The translations under genes were made by a program, and so were the position numbers. Below, piece after piece: positions 34,801 through 49,104 of a DNA stretch of 64,000 bases. Position 1 is the first letter of the stretch; each line of letters opens with the position of its first letter. A model generated the notes under the pieces. The model saw only the letters and a program-made list of their open reading frames with translations, was not told where the DNA came from and ran no database searches. The DNA is from Amphiscolops sp. MND2022 (taxonomy: Eukaryota): assembly GCA_964187785.1 (NCBI GenBank), contig OZ076409.1, forward strand, positions 83,516,001 through 83,580,000, in the 5' to 3' direction.

Positions 34801-35388
34801 CTCAGTGTTTTCCTCCATACCAACTCCCAAAATCCACTTTCATTTTGATTTAACCCACCATGCTAGAATTCATCAGTTAAAGAAGCGTAGTAGACATTCA
34901 ACACTACTGGTCAAATAAGCGCACTGCGCTGAGACCATCTCGGTAATCAATACCAAATTTGAATTACCACTCAAAGCTCCCATCAAAAATTAGTTGCTTC
35001 GCTCACAACCCTTCCAGTAAAAAATCGGTGCATAATAGCCCATAACCCCTCGTCCTAAGTAGACACAAAAAAATTTTTTGTTATTCAAACTAAAACTTTT
35101 TGTTGATCGTAACACGTACCATAGCATTACTTTAATTAACCTAGCAAATATACTACCATTACCTAAGCTGACCACCATCCCGAGAAAACTAAATCGGCCA
35201 AAGTGAATTGTAATCACTCGGACTTACTCATCTCTGAAAAACAATAGATACCAGAAACGGTAAACTCACCTCACCACCCACCAGCTTCCATTTCTAAGGG
35301 GGAAGGGTAGAGTAAGTAACCCCACCACGAACAAAAGCAAGAAATCCAATCACAATCAATCCACGCACAACAGAATTATTGAGAATAA

Positions 35389-38300
35389 ATGGAAACTACT
35401 TCAGAAATTTCCATACCACTAACCCATTCGGCAATGAAAGAGAAACCATGAACAGGTGAAATACTCTCACCGAAAACCTCCTTGAGTCCACCATTGCAGA
35501 TATGTTTTCAGAGATCTTGTCCGATTACATCCCCAATTCGGAAAAAAGTGCATAAAGATCAGCTGCTGCGGAAAAACCCGGTTCGTCGCCAGCTTCCCCC
35601 GATAGTGCCAATCCGGTGGATGGTGCTGAAAACGCCACACAAAATATTACATGGCCCCCTTTAGAAGTCACTGACTACAGTTTGAGGGAATGGCCAAATT
35701 CAAACAACAACCCATCGTGCGAAATAGATACTACCGAAGAAGCCGCACGGCAAGACAGTAATGTCACAACTCCGGTGGCGGCTCCCCGCACACCAATGAT
35801 CCAAAGGAACCCAAAGGGTTCCCTTGCACTAACCAACAGCGCAGATTGAAACCCTTTACTGATTGGATACACACAACCAGGAAATACGTCTAAGACATCG
35901 AATGAATCAAGCGAAAACCAATCAACCCAAATTGAAGATAACCCACTGCTGTATGTCTTCAGAACTTCTCCGTCAAGAAACCTGAACATCTGCCCGGGAA
36001 AAATTGAACGATCAAACTATGCGCCCAACTCCAGAGCCAGTGGAGAAACAGCCCCAGATTCAACTATCACCAAGATCAAAAAGAATCGCAGGGGGCCAGG
36101 GAAGATTTCCGAAGTAGTCTCGCCCAACTCTCCCGAGTACCTCACGACTGGCACGAGAGAATGGCGAACACGCAATGCGCGCCGATGTGATCATGAGAGA
36201 CATGGACGAAATGAGAAAGGGCCTCTTGGAGATACAAGCAGAAGGACGCCACAACCAGGGAAATCTTGAAGCGTCTATGGCCTCCCTGAATGACCTAATC
36301 AAACAGCGGGAAATCTTAGCCGGCACTCGCATGGCTGAAATGTCAGCCGTGATGAAAGAAAGAGATCGTCAAGCCGACGAACGCATGAAGCTAATGTCTG
36401 ACTTCATGCAGCGCAGGGAGACCGACGCAGATACCCGCATGATAGACCTAATGACTAAAATGAAAGATCTAACAATGGGAGTGATAGCCATACCGTCTCA
36501 AACAACTGCTGTTCAAGCAAAAGCAGCGCCAATGGCGCCTATAGTATCCCACCTGAGCGATCTACCTTCTACCAGCACAGCCCCACCACCAACGCAATCC
36601 ACCTATCGAAAAGTGGCACAACCCTACATCGAGCAAGTCAAACCTTTGAAACTGATACCGCCCGCAATAAACAAAAGGGATCCCCAAAAAACCAACAAAA
36701 TGGCAAGAGTCATCCAAACCGAATCACGCGACGTTGATACAGACCCATTGACTAGCGTCTCATTCGATCCTTACGCCCATGGTGCATCGACAACTGGAGA
36801 CTATTGTTCGCCTGCAAACTATTACATTGCACAAACCAGTCCAAGCACCAATCAACCCAAGCAAACGTACGTAGACCTAGTCCCGTGGCCGGTGGCCACC
36901 AGTACGCAGCGCAAACTTACAACCAAACGAGTGTTGGAACAAGATCAAAGCGAAATAGGAGAAACCCCAGAAGCTTCAAAAGCAACCCCCGATACTCCGA
37001 GAACGAGTCAACGACAAGCGCTGGCAGAAGCTATATCGACAGCTATGTCAAAAAGTCTTGAACCGCTACTGGCGGCCAAAGAATCAAAAACAAACCCACG
37101 AAAAATCGAGGAACAAAAGATGGCAATGCTGACGGATGGATGATGTTAATGAAGCGCCATTTGGAAAAAGCACACGCCAGGGCAACCCCCCTTGACAAAG
37201 CCTGGACAATAATCGAACACCTGGAGCACGAAGCAAGAGATTATATCACCAACAAGTCCGAGGCGGAAAGGGACACGGACGAGAAGGTCTTCGCATTATG
37301 GGCACGTCGATTTGAAACCGGATCAAGTAAGATCCACAACCAACAACAATTCAGAACCCGAAACCAGAACAATGAAGAAGACTATATGCAGTACCTAGAC
37401 GCCCTTGCAGGCTTGCGTAGCCAAGGTTAACCCAACGAAGAAGTAACTGTTCGACGATATGAAATCAAGCAAAGATTCATTGAAGGAGTGCGCAACTTTG
37501 AGCTAAAACGAAATCTCGCGCTAATATACGCTCCAGAACAATATGTAGAAACACCACCGACTGTGGAAGCGCTCAGCTTCAATGTCCAATAATATCATCG
37601 TATGCGTGGTTCATCCCGCCAAAGACAATTACCAAATGGCTCCTCAACAACAACAACCTCCGCAACCTAACCTACAACCGAAATTGCCTTCGGCAATTCC
37701 CCCATCGGCACAACATGCTCAACAGCCCCCACCTCAACGACCGGCACTAACCGACAACAACCTCAAAGAGCATGTTTCAATTGCGGCGATCCATCACACT
37801 TCGTAATAGATTGCCCACTGAAAGATCGAGCACGAAAGCCAGTACAACAGCAAGTAAGTTCTTGTCACACGAACCCAATCGGAAGATGGACTTGTCCATC
37901 ACAACCACACGGTTTGAACAACGAAATCTACCCATCATCACTGCCAATCCAGGGAACCGAAGCCTTCTGCGTAAATTGTGGCTGCACCGAACATTCAGCA
38001 TCCGAGTGCCTGACTCCAGAACACCCGAAACAAGAAGAACAAGTTAGAGCTGCATGGTATGCCGCCAGGTCAACCAGTTCGAAAGCGTAACAGAGGACGA
38101 TGAAGTCAGAGTGATTTCGGTCGCAGAGGCCGGAGGCCCCTCACGCACCATTATCGTCATCTGTGGCGAGAAACAAGTTCTCACCACGTTAGAAGCGCCT
38201 GCACCGATTTGTACCGAAACCCTAATTTCTATACACTTGCTTCGTTCGGCCGAACAAAAATCGCGCCCTGAACTGACGCTAGCTCAATTGAAAGAACACT

Positions 38301-41300
38301 TGTGTTGGAACAGCAAGTACACAATTGCCGCTCGACCGTTGCCGCATTTCGCTAGAGAAGATGAAACTAAACTAGCACCTATCCAAAAAGTAAAAACAAT
38401 CTCTCCAGTTCCCATTGCTATCAACATAGATGGCGTTGACATGAGATTCTATGCAATCGTAGTCCTAGACGGACACTTCCCACAGGCAATGTACTTAGGC
38501 CGCCAAGAGTTGCGATGTTATAACAATGGCGTGCAAGACACTCAGGGGAAGCTAGGATAGACAAAAGGGCTTCATTGGTGGTTGCCTTTGGCAGCACCTT
38601 GCAAGTACCCATTCCTTTGTATGGCATGATAGATATGGCATGGTCTGGAGTCTCTATCCTCCCTCTTTCCGCATACCAATGCCCATGCTTTCAGCCCATG
38701 CTATGAGCCTTCTACCACATGACATCCAACTGTACGCAGCTAACGGCAAAACCATAAACACCATTGGTATTGCCGAAAACGTAAACTTCCAACCGGGTGG
38801 TCATACTCTGAAGAGGAATTTCAGTCATCGCAGACCACTTAGGAGCTGAAGACTTCCTTCTAGGCCGCAATTTCCTGCGAACCTACAACGTTCTAGTGGA
38901 CCTAACCACAATGAGGGTCACCATACGCGATCCCAAGACTCCCCGCCAATTCAATCCCGTCCATGAGGTTAGTGACCATGAACCTTTCTAAGTAATTTCC
39001 ACCGTAAAAATTGTACTAGGTCCATTTGAACACACGTTACTCAGGGCCCAAGTCGTAACCCAAAATCCCAACGAATACCTTTACCGCAACGTGAAGATAC
39101 ACCCCAGCGGGGTGCACAATCGATGTCCATTTAATTCAGAAAACACCCTAACTTCAGTAGGAGAAGATGGCACAGTGTTCCTAGCCGTGAGAAACCGGAC
39201 TGCCAACGAAAACTTGATACTTCACAGTAAGACTGTCCTTGGAAAGGCACAGCCCACAACTTTCATGTTCAGACCAATCATGGTCTACCAAACTGGCAAA
39301 ACTTTTGTATCTTTTGTGAAACATGTTAATAACATTGTTGTTGTTGACCTAAGTGACACAAGTACTGAATTTAGTTCTTTTGCCCAAAACTTTTTATCCT
39401 CGACTGAAATGTCAGAAAACGGTCTATCTGGAAATGAGAAACGTGAAAGAACAGATCCGCAATTGTTGAAACCTATACCAGGTCCAGATCTCCTACCAGG
39501 TCCGTCCTTTCTTTGGGGGGAGGGGGGGGGGAGAGGGTGCAAGAGATCAACTTGCAGAAGTCTTGAATAAGTACGATGATCTTTTCATGAAGCAAAAAGC
39601 TGACATAGGGAGATGTACAATAGCGAAACACCGCATTGAACTAGAACCAGAAGCCATCCCCCACAGGGAAGGTGCCAGGCGAATGTCTCCAGACAAAGCC
39701 GCCAAGGACAATCAAGAAGTGAGGAACCAACTTGCCCTCGGCTTAGTCCAGCCTTTCTATTCACTATGGGCTAGTGGAATAGTCATGGTCAATTGAAAGA
39801 CAGGCGAACTTAGCTTTTGTTGTGACTTCCGACCGTTAAACGATGTAACAGTAAAAGACGCTTTTCCTCTACCCAGAATAAACAAAAGCCTATCCAGAAA
39901 TGGAAATGCAAAAATCTTCACAAGTATTGATCTACCGTGGGCCTTCTGGCAGATACCACTAAGAAAATGCGACAGGAGGAAGACTGCATTTGCCTGCGAA
40001 CTAGGCTTATTCGAAAGGCGGCGCATGCCCTTTGGGCTATGCAATGCATCAGCGACATTCCAACGATCCATCACAAGAGCCCTACAAAAAATCCAACAAA
40101 GACACGGAAGTGTCGTCATGGCCTCCATTGACGACATAGTAATCGCAACGGAAACTATCGAGGATCACATCGTGAGAATCAAAGAAGTGTTCGAATGTCT
40201 CATAGAGGCAGGCTTTAAAATGCGAGCAGAGAAATGCGACTTCATGCGCACGTAAACAAAATACCTGAGACGAGTCGTGTCAGCCGAGGGAATCAAACCG
40301 GACCCAGAAGCAGTAGCCAAGATCCAGGAATAGTTTCCCCCCCCCAGAAACAAAGAAGAACTACAAAGCTTCCTAGGGTTTGCCAATTACTACCGTGATT
40401 TTGTCCCATTCCACGCCGCCAAAGTACAACCTATGCAAGAGTTATTGGAAAAAAAACCAACAATTCTACTGAGAAGAAAAACATCAAAAAGCCTTTGACT
40501 CGGTGAAACAAGCCTCAGCAGATGCAACCACTTTGGCTGCGCCTAACGAACAAGGACGAATTGTGCTATACACTGATGATGCCAGTACAGTTGCAATAGC
40601 CGGTAGCTTACATCAAGAACAAGAGTATAACGGCAAAACCATCTTGCGACCCATAGTCTATAGTAGCAAGTCGCTGACAAGAACCCAGCTGAACTATGGA
40701 GCCCCGAAGTTGGAGATGTACGCGGTATTCTACTTCGTCGAAAAGTTCCACTCAATCTTCGCCGGCCGAGAATTCACACTCCGCGTAGACAACCAAGCCT
40801 TGTCATGGTTTAAAACCTATTCAATGGACCAAGCTATGATTGGCAGTTGGATAGCGCGCTTAGACCAGTACCACTTCAAAACAATTCATCGGCCCCGCAC
40901 GCAGCATCGGAACGTCGACGGACTTAGCAAAAAAACTAATGACTACATCCATTGCGAACAAATCCTTGAAAATTTGCCAGAAGTGAACGAAGGATTCAAC
41001 TTCATGTCACAAAAAGACTACGACGACCTTTCTACCATACCGTACTTTGATAAACACAGCCGCCTCATTCCAAACTACCCAGACCTTCCTCCGGAAGCTC
41101 GAGCTCGATTACCCTTATTATATATCTTACGAAAGAAACGGAAAAACAAAATCCCCGAAGAACCACCCGGAAACACTCCTTGGTACCCCCAAATCCAATG
41201 GGAGACTACACCAACTCTCGAGGAAGACGAAAGACCAAATTGCATCTTGAGCATAATCACCAGAGTGCCTCAGCACGATTAGATGCCACCGACTCAACCG

Positions 41301-42378
41301 TAAGCGAACTACCCATTGATTGTCAAATGCAAGCAAACGTCCTGAGAACCGTCGGAACAGGGTTACACGAACACCACCTAACCAAGCACGGTCTAAAAGA
41401 CCTGCACTTGGCTCAAAATAGAGATGTGCATCTCCTGGCATTGAAGAAACTCATGAAGAACGAACCCTTAGAAGATCCAGTATTCTCTGACGAGGTGCGA
41501 GATTTCGCGAAGCGATACTATCATCAAAAGAAGGATTTACTCTTTTTGAACCCTGATGACTTACTCTGCGTTAACTACGTCCCTCAACAATGCGCAATGC
41601 ACGTACGCCCATGCATGATCGTCATGCCGCAACTTTTTCAACACGAAATCCTATATTGGGCACATGATGAGTCAGGACATCAAGGCGTGGGAAATGTGCT
41701 AGCGAGAATACAAGAACGACATACCTGGCCAGGCATCAAGAGAGATGTTGTAAATCACATCAAAGAATGCTTGACATGCCAACAAGCCAAACACCCCACC
41801 GGAAACCCTCGCTATTCCCTGCAGAGCATAAACAGTAGCAATTTCAATGATCTAGTGCAATTCGACCCTCTGAATCTTTGTGAAACCGAATCAGGTAACA
41901 CTGGACTACTGGTCATAATAGACCATTTCACCAAGTTTGCAGAAGCTGTCCCATGTGCCTTTGACGACTACGACGCGCAGACCACGGCAAAGATCATCCT
42001 CAACAATTGGTTTGCCAGGCATGGCACCCCGACAAGAATGCTGTCCGACAACGCGACAAACTTCACAGCAGAAGTAGTTCAAGAAATAATGAAGGCATCG
42101 CAAGTCACCAAAGTCACGTCAACACCTGCACACCCCAGAGGCAATGGACTCGTCGAAAGACAGAATCGAACCTTGCTCACACTGCTTCGAGTTTACACGT
42201 CACGCAGAATGCAAAACAGGGACGACCATATTGACAGAGTCTTGGGTGCCTACAACTCAACTCGACACGCCACTAAAGGATTCTCGCCATACATGCTCCA
42301 ACATGGCGCAGAGAAATCCATTCCACTATCATTCATATATCCAGAATTCGCAGCGCGAGGATTCGATTCCAAAGAAGA
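35389..42378 (+). mobile_element. Decayed Ty3/Gypsy LTR retrotransposon internal region (gag, PR, RT, RNase H, INT), 3'-truncated
   Basis: Zn knuckles CFNCGDPSHFVIDC (37773) and CVNCGCTEHSASEC (37968); RT MPFGLCNASATFQR and SIDD (mutated YxDD); RNase H TDDAS…NYGAPKLE…VDNQAL; integrase AHDESGH…CLTC, IIDHFTK, SDN, NGLVERQNRT; RT-RH-INT order; many stops and frameshifts; 5' boundary approximate. Confidence 0.93.
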
Positions 42379-42937
42379 ATTCGATTCCAAAGAAGATTGT
42401 AGGCAAACGTTGCAGAACTTTCGATCCGACAAATGTACGAAGAAAAACTACTTTGTCAGGATCTTCGTTTGTGCCATTGATACGTAAACCGTCCCTCGAA
42501 ACACTTTTTCCACCATTTCCACTTTTCCGGACAATGATTTGATGGCAAGTCGGGTAATTTGAACTTTTTGAGAGACAAAAAAGGAGTATAGCTCAGGGAC
42601 ACATGAGAGGAAGAACAAAAGAAAGTACCATCATAGCAGAATTGTCGCTGACTACGAGAAACTTGAAAAAGTACCGTAGTAGCAGAATAGTTGATACCTA
42701 CGATGAACTTAAGGAAGTACCGTAGTAGCAATGTATGTGATGAGCAGGTTACGAGTGGACTAGGCATTGAAGAGGTGATAACGCATGGGGAATGATCAAA
42801 AAAACTGTCGTGGGGGAAAACACTACTTGCAGGTTGTTCCTGTTTGATAAGATTCATCTGAAGCATACATACAACAATCAGGCTTTTAGGAATAACACTA
42901 TGTATACAAATACACTTACATACATCTATATAGATAT

Positions 42938-42942
<5 letters not shown>

Positions 42943-42988
<46 letters not shown>

Positions 42989-43188
42989 NNNNNNNNNNNN
43001 NNNNNNNNNNNNNNNNNNNNNNNNNNNNNNNNNNNNNNNNNNNNNNNNNNNNNNNNNNNNNNNNNNNNNNNNNNNNNNNNNNNNNNNNNNNNNNNNNNNN
43101 NNNNNNNNNNNNNNNNNNNNNNNNNNNNNNNNNNNNNNNNNNNNNNNNNNNNNNNNNNNNNNNNNNNNNNNNNNNNNNNNNNNNNNNN
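42943..43188. other. (AT)n microsatellite followed by a 200-N assembly gap
   Basis: Directly visible. Confidence 0.98.
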
Positions 43189-46100
43189 AGTATCGCGAAC
43201 TAACAGACAACGGATACATTTTTTAACTGAAGGCCATGGAAGTACAGTGTTCTTTAGACGAAAGGAATGAAATTTTCATCACACGTCTTTGTAATAGATT
43301 TATTTTCTGAAAAGAGCCTTTACTGCATGCGTTCAATGAATGTGTCTCAGGTCAGATGATAGATTGAGTCAATTGATATTTGGCGTCTCTTCATACTTGT
43401 TACGGCGTGAACCTTCTCGACTCCTCGATAAAAGTGGCCAGTTCATACCAGTTTTTCTTTGCCGTCTTTTAGCAGGTCTTGACAGCTATCAAAGTGTAAA
43501 GAGTCTTTCCTGAGATTTTTGTAGAATCTTGCAATGGAAATTGTAATGACTTGAAGTTTCTTCTGTGCCACATATACATAGAGGGGAGGTCATTTCTATA
43601 TCCAATTTAGTGGATGATTTTCTGAACCGTTTTGGGAAAACGGGTGTACCAGTATTTCCAGATGGATCATCTGGCCAAACAATAACAAGTCTCCTTCTCC
43701 ATACCGCCTTTCTGAAGACAGCATACGTGTTGGGTGTTTTGAGCTCCTTGATCAAGTCTCGTTACGCGGAGGAAGTTTCGATGGCTCGAGTGAATGATAT
43801 TATCAATCCTTCTATCCGAGCTCCGCAGGGCTCCGGCGCTTGAGTTATTTGCAATGCTGTACTTGTGAACGAGTTTTGCAACTGTGATAAAATACTTTCG
43901 ATATCTATTGGGATGAAAACTCCGAGGATTTCCATCTTTAGCCAGATTGTGATTGTACACTGTGCCGCAAGACTGTGATAACATTGTGTACCAAAGCGTT
44001 TCGCCTCTGCACCATATTGGGTTTGCCCATATATGACTTAGAAATGTCTATACAGTATGACTAACATCTTCATAAGTCTGGAACTAGGAAAAGGGGTGAC
44101 ATATGGATTTTGAAATATTGGTCTCAATGAAGCAAACCCTGCTTTTGCTTTGTTTTTGGAGTTTTCAAACTGAGTTTTGAATGTTAGTTGGGTGTCGATT
44201 GTGATTCCTAGTGCCGTTGACTGTGTGGCATACTCTATCTGATGGTCCTGTTTGCTTACTTTGAAGCTCGGCGCTAGTACCTCAATTTTTTTGAAAATGA
44301 TACTTTCGTTCTCGTGCCCCAAATCCTGAGGCGCGATTTCTTTAGCCACCGCACGCGTGATGGCTTCACAGTCTTTTCAGAGCTCTCCAACAGCCAGTTC
44401 GATGGTTTTGCCTTTTGCTACAGATGTAGCATTGTCTGCATATTTGAAAGTTTCTCCATTGCATCCATCAAAAATATCTGCAATGTAGAGTTTGAATAGG
44501 ATTGGTGAAAGAATGCGTCCTTGTGGTAAGCCCACTGACGGTTTTAATGGGTTTGAATCTTTGGTGCCAATGCTAAAGTAGCGATTTCGGATAAACTCGT
44601 CGATGACGTTGTACGTGGTGCCTCTGATGCCAGCTTTCCGTAACTTGAAAAGCATGTCGTCTATCCAGATTGAATCAAAACCTTTTCCAGATCGATGAAT
44701 AAAATTTCCGCTGTTTGGTTGTTACCATTTTGTAAGTGGTCAATCAATTGATGAAAGTTTCGTCCTGAACCTCTTTTTTACGGAAGTTTTCCTAGCTGTC
44801 ATCAATTATTCCGTATATTTCTAGATGTTGCCTGAACCTATGTTCTAATATCCGTTTAAATAGTTTGCCAATGTAGGAAGTTAAAGTTATTGGCGTGAAC
44901 CTTCCTGCCATGTGATAATCTTCTTTGTTTGGTTTTCTCAAAAAGTTGACTTTGCCTTTATTCCAAATGTAGCCACTTGCTGTGAAACAGATGTTGGTAT
45001 GTTCTAGGCACGTATAATTGAATCGTCTTAAGGCATGTTTGAGTAGCAGTGGATGTAAATCGTCTGGATCGTCAGACTTTGCTGAAGTTTGTCTCATCTT
45101 GAGCGTGTTCTACTGTTTTTTGCCATTGCTCATCTATCTGTGAGCTATCCAGGTGGTTTTCCGATAAACAAACACATCGAATAGAAGTTCGAATTGTTTT
45201 GCCTCGTCCTTAAGTATTTTAACATTGGATGCAAGACATCCCATTGGTATCGTGCCTCCATTCGAGGGTAAACATTTTTGGCTTTCTAGAAATCTGTTCC
45301 AGTGCTTTTATCTAGCTTTTCAGCGCTTTCCTGGGAAACGAGATTTGGATGTAGTTGTCTTTCATGAATTGATAAAGGGGCTCTGTTGAGCCATCTGAGC
45401 GTCCACTTAGGTTTACTGTCATGGCGTAAATTTTGCGTTCAATTTTTTGTTGTTTATTTTGTTTAGTCTTTGCAAGCCAGTTAGGTAGATGTATGATTTT
45501 TGGATGCAAAGTTCATCCAGTTTCTGTTGCTTTAATGAACCATACCTTGAGACCGTTGAATGTTTTCCAGAGCAATTTCTACACTTTTCTTTTTCTTTTG
45601 GGCAGTTACTGCAAACTTCACTTCTGTAGTTGCTGCCTGGTGCCATATGTCCAAATTTGAGACATCTGTAGCATTGGAAAACCTTTGGTGCCTTGTTTCG
45701 ATTTCAGGTCTTATCCATATGTTTCCTATGCAGATCCCGTCTGCTAGAGCGCGTTGTGCGTCCTCCTAATTTTCGAGAGTAAGGTTCCGCGTGCGTAGAG
45801 GTGAGTTTCCGGGATGTTTTACTCGCTGCACATGGCAGTCCGAGAATGTACTGGCGAATTCCTTTTGAAAATTGTCTTCTCGAACTCCTGTGTCTGATAT
45901 ATGGTCAGGTAGTGGTACGCCCTTTGGTAGTGGAGCAACGGTAATGATTTCTTCTTTGCTTCTTTGCTCTTGGCTGGCAATCTGAACCTCTAAAGGGATC
46001 TTTCGGCCTTTCCGTACAATATTTTGCGCAATGTTTATTTCTCGGTTTCGACAATCCGGCATTTGGCGTGAATTCATCTGTCACAGGAGTCACAGCTGGC

Positions 46101-46900
46101 ACATTCTACGACCTCTTGTTTGCAAATGTTGCAAGGGACTGATTTCGGAAAGCTTTTGGACTGAGACTTGACTCCTTTTGTTTCAACCATTTTTGGGGAC
46201 AAAGTTCAATTTTTAGAGGTAGAGGCCCAGAAACAGAGACTCAATAAGCACACTCCCCATTTTTTAATAGCTTCCGGGGTTTGGCTTCTCGTCCTTTTTT
46301 CACAGATCTTCTCTTTGTGCCCCGCGTCTTAAAAATCCTAATGATGTTTGGATAGTAGTATAGTATAATGCCCAGAGTTCTCAGCTCAAGATTGGCACTA
46401 TGGTGGAGCTTGCGATATTCCACAATTACTGATTCCTTGAATTGCTCAGAAGCGTTGATAATGTGTTTGGGCAGGTCTGATACAAAGCAGTCCATTGTCC
46501 TCACCAATTCGTCCTACATATATTGGGTTCCTTCGCGTTGGCAAGTGACAGCACAAAAGAGGTTTGGTAAATTCTAGAGGGTCGCTATGAGTTCCGCGAT
46601 TGTCAACGGTATGTTGTTTTTTTTGAGTTAGTTGTCGGTGTACTGTTTAGCACGTGGTGCCAGATAGCAAGGTTTCGGTTTCTCGGGGCGTTAGATGTAA
46701 GGTATTTGAAGCAAAAATTGGGGGTGTTTGATTGAGGCCAGGTTTGGAGTGAACAGCATCAGTATCTTTTTCTTGTTCCAATTTCTCCATGTTTTTGATA
46801 GAGTGATGAAGAGAGCTTGCTGCTACTATTTCGATCAAAGTGGTAATTGAGGATAAACAAATTTTAGGATAAAATTAGAACGAACTCACAATTTCAAGTC
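43189..46900 (-). mobile_element. Decayed I-group (I/Nimb/Jockey-like) LINE, copy 1; endonuclease region apparently deleted
   Basis: ORF1 knuckles QCYRCLKFGH and CRNCSGKH; RT PITLTSYIGKLF, VGLPQGRILSPILFKLYIAD, KYADN, LGITID; C-terminal CICGTEETSSHYNFHC. Confidence 0.85.
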
Positions 46901-47980
46901 AGGTCCAGATGTGAGCAACCCTATTTAGTGTTTTGTATTTGCGTATTCGGATTGTTGGGTTTAGCCGCCGTCAGTAGTTTGGCATATGCCGGACTTTTTG
47001 AAATCCCCCAAGGGCTAGCCAAAAGTGTAAAAGTCTCAGGGCTACCCAAAAAAGTCTCTGTAAAAAGTTCTGTCGTTCGCACGATGATCAATGAGCTGGC
47101 ACCGTTTTTGAAGCAACGGATCTAATTGGCTATTCAGATTGGCATTTCGGCCTGTGTTCTAGCAACCGCGAGCGACAGAGATGCGTTCGAAGAAATTTAT
47201 TACATATTGTTTTTTGACCGGTATATAATTATGTAATTGCAGCTTTTTAGCCGTTGACCGGGATAATGACTGGTATGAGTAGTTTAATGGTTGTTTTTTT
47301 GTTGTTACTGGGATTGTAGTCGGTATGGGGTTTCCTCCTTCCATTGCAGACGACACAGGTGTGTGTCTTCTCCCCCCAACACGATGACACACATGGCGCT
47401 TGAATGATGACGGAGATCCTAATATCTGATATTGTGAAAAAACTAGAGCGACTAACTGTGTTGTCCCGAATCATCGCAATCTCTGAAGCTATTCAACAAG
47501 CTCATCACAACAATTAGACAACTCGTTGATCAGCGTGGGTTCTGCTGATTTTTTTTCGTTATGTTCCTGGCGGTCGACTGTGATAATGGCTGACATAAGG
47601 TTGTTTTGTCGTTTTGTTGCTACCGGTCTACTGCGATAGTGGGTGGTGGTTTGCGTCTATAGCGTCGAATTTTGACACGTCGAATTTTGACACGTCGAAT
47701 TCCCAACGTCGAATATCATTAGAGTCGAAGAACAACGTCGAATCTAGTCAAACAACTAATGTCGTATTGTCGAATTTCTGTCTAATTTTTCCTGTTAGTT
47801 TCAGATTAAAATGACTGATAATACCGCTTCTAACTACGCCAAACAAGCCTTTCCCCACCTAATTTGAGGTCAAATATTTGGTGTATGCACGCTAGCCCTC
47901 GCCGTTGCAAAAGCCAGCTCCCACTACGATCGCTTCGCGATCTCCGTCCCCGCTAGGTCTTTGCTCCTGTTCGACGCTTA

Positions 47981-48180
47981 AGAGAGAGAGAGAGAAAACG
48001 CTCAAAAACTATACCTGATAAAAACAACTCATTTGGTACAGTAGGCGTTATAATAAAAATGAAAATAAAATTAGTAGCACTTTTGAACTATTGGAGAAGT
48101 TGGAAGTATTGGTTTTTATAAAATGTTGGACACTCTTCGTAAAGTAGTAGCATGTGCTCTCCAATGAGTTTTTCCGTTTT
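47981..48180 (-). mobile_element. Short 3'-end fragment of the (TC)n-tailed LINE family (copy at ~57473-57673)
   Basis: (GA)n + acgct…atttggtacagtaggcgt…gcacttttgaactattggagaagttggaag matches 28468-28700. Confidence 0.85.
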
Positions 48181-49104
48181 TATTCGGCGCTTTATCCTTT
48201 TAAGGAAAAACGCCCGACTATAGCAATGACTTTTTTAGTCGGCGCTTTTCCATTAAAGGGAAAATACCCGAATGTAGCAGTGACTGTTTTTTTTATTCAG
48301 ACTACAATCCTCACACTGATCTGTCCACTTTTTAGAAACAATCCTGAAACCACCTAAGGCGCCCAGTCCGGTAAAGGGGCCAAGGCAAACTTAGTGCAAA
48401 GGGTCCCTTTTTCATTTTTTTCAAAGTAACCTGCAAAACCGGTCGGGACTAAAAAGTCCCCCCTTTCGAATTTTTTTTCGGCACTGTGCGACTTTTTTAG
48501 AAATTTTGTTAATGTCCCCAAAGGGTCCCCCCTTTGAGTTTTTTTGTTGTTTTACAACAGAATACATGTTTGGAAATCAAAAAGGGTCCCCTCTTTCACA
48601 ATTTTCGGCATTGTGCGACATTTTGGGAAAGAAAATTTATTCGAAACCTCAAAGTTATTCTCCGAAAAAAAATATTTTTTGCTTCTTGAGCCATAGACAA
48701 AGCGCCGACTTTAGACGTTCCCGTCTTGTTTTTTCTTCAGACTACAATCATCACACTGATTGGTCCAGTTTTTAGAAACAATCCTGAAACCACCTACACC
48801 TAAGGCCAAGTCCAGGGCCAAGGCAAACTTAGTCCAAACGTTCCCCTCTTTCTTTTTTTATTTTTCAAGGTGACCTACAAAAGCGGACGGGACTGAAAGT
48901 CCCCTCTTTCGATTTTTTTTTCTCGGCACTGTGCGACTTTTTTTTCGAAAAACATTTTGTCGCCAAAGGACCTCTCCTTTCATATTTTACTTTTTTAACG
49001 TAACCTACAAACCCGGATGAGACCAAAGGTTTTCCCCTTTCAATTTTTTTCGGCGCTTTGAGACTTTTTTTCGAAAGTTTTTTTGTCTTCATGTCTTCAA
49101 AGGG

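Noticed and set aside
31407..35388. 5' LTR and PBS of the Gypsy element
   Set aside because: TG starts and TGG motifs exist, but there is no second LTR to confirm them and no convincing PBS adjoining a CA end.
42792..43226. ORFs crossing the N gap
   Set aside because: Artefacts of (AT)n and Ns.
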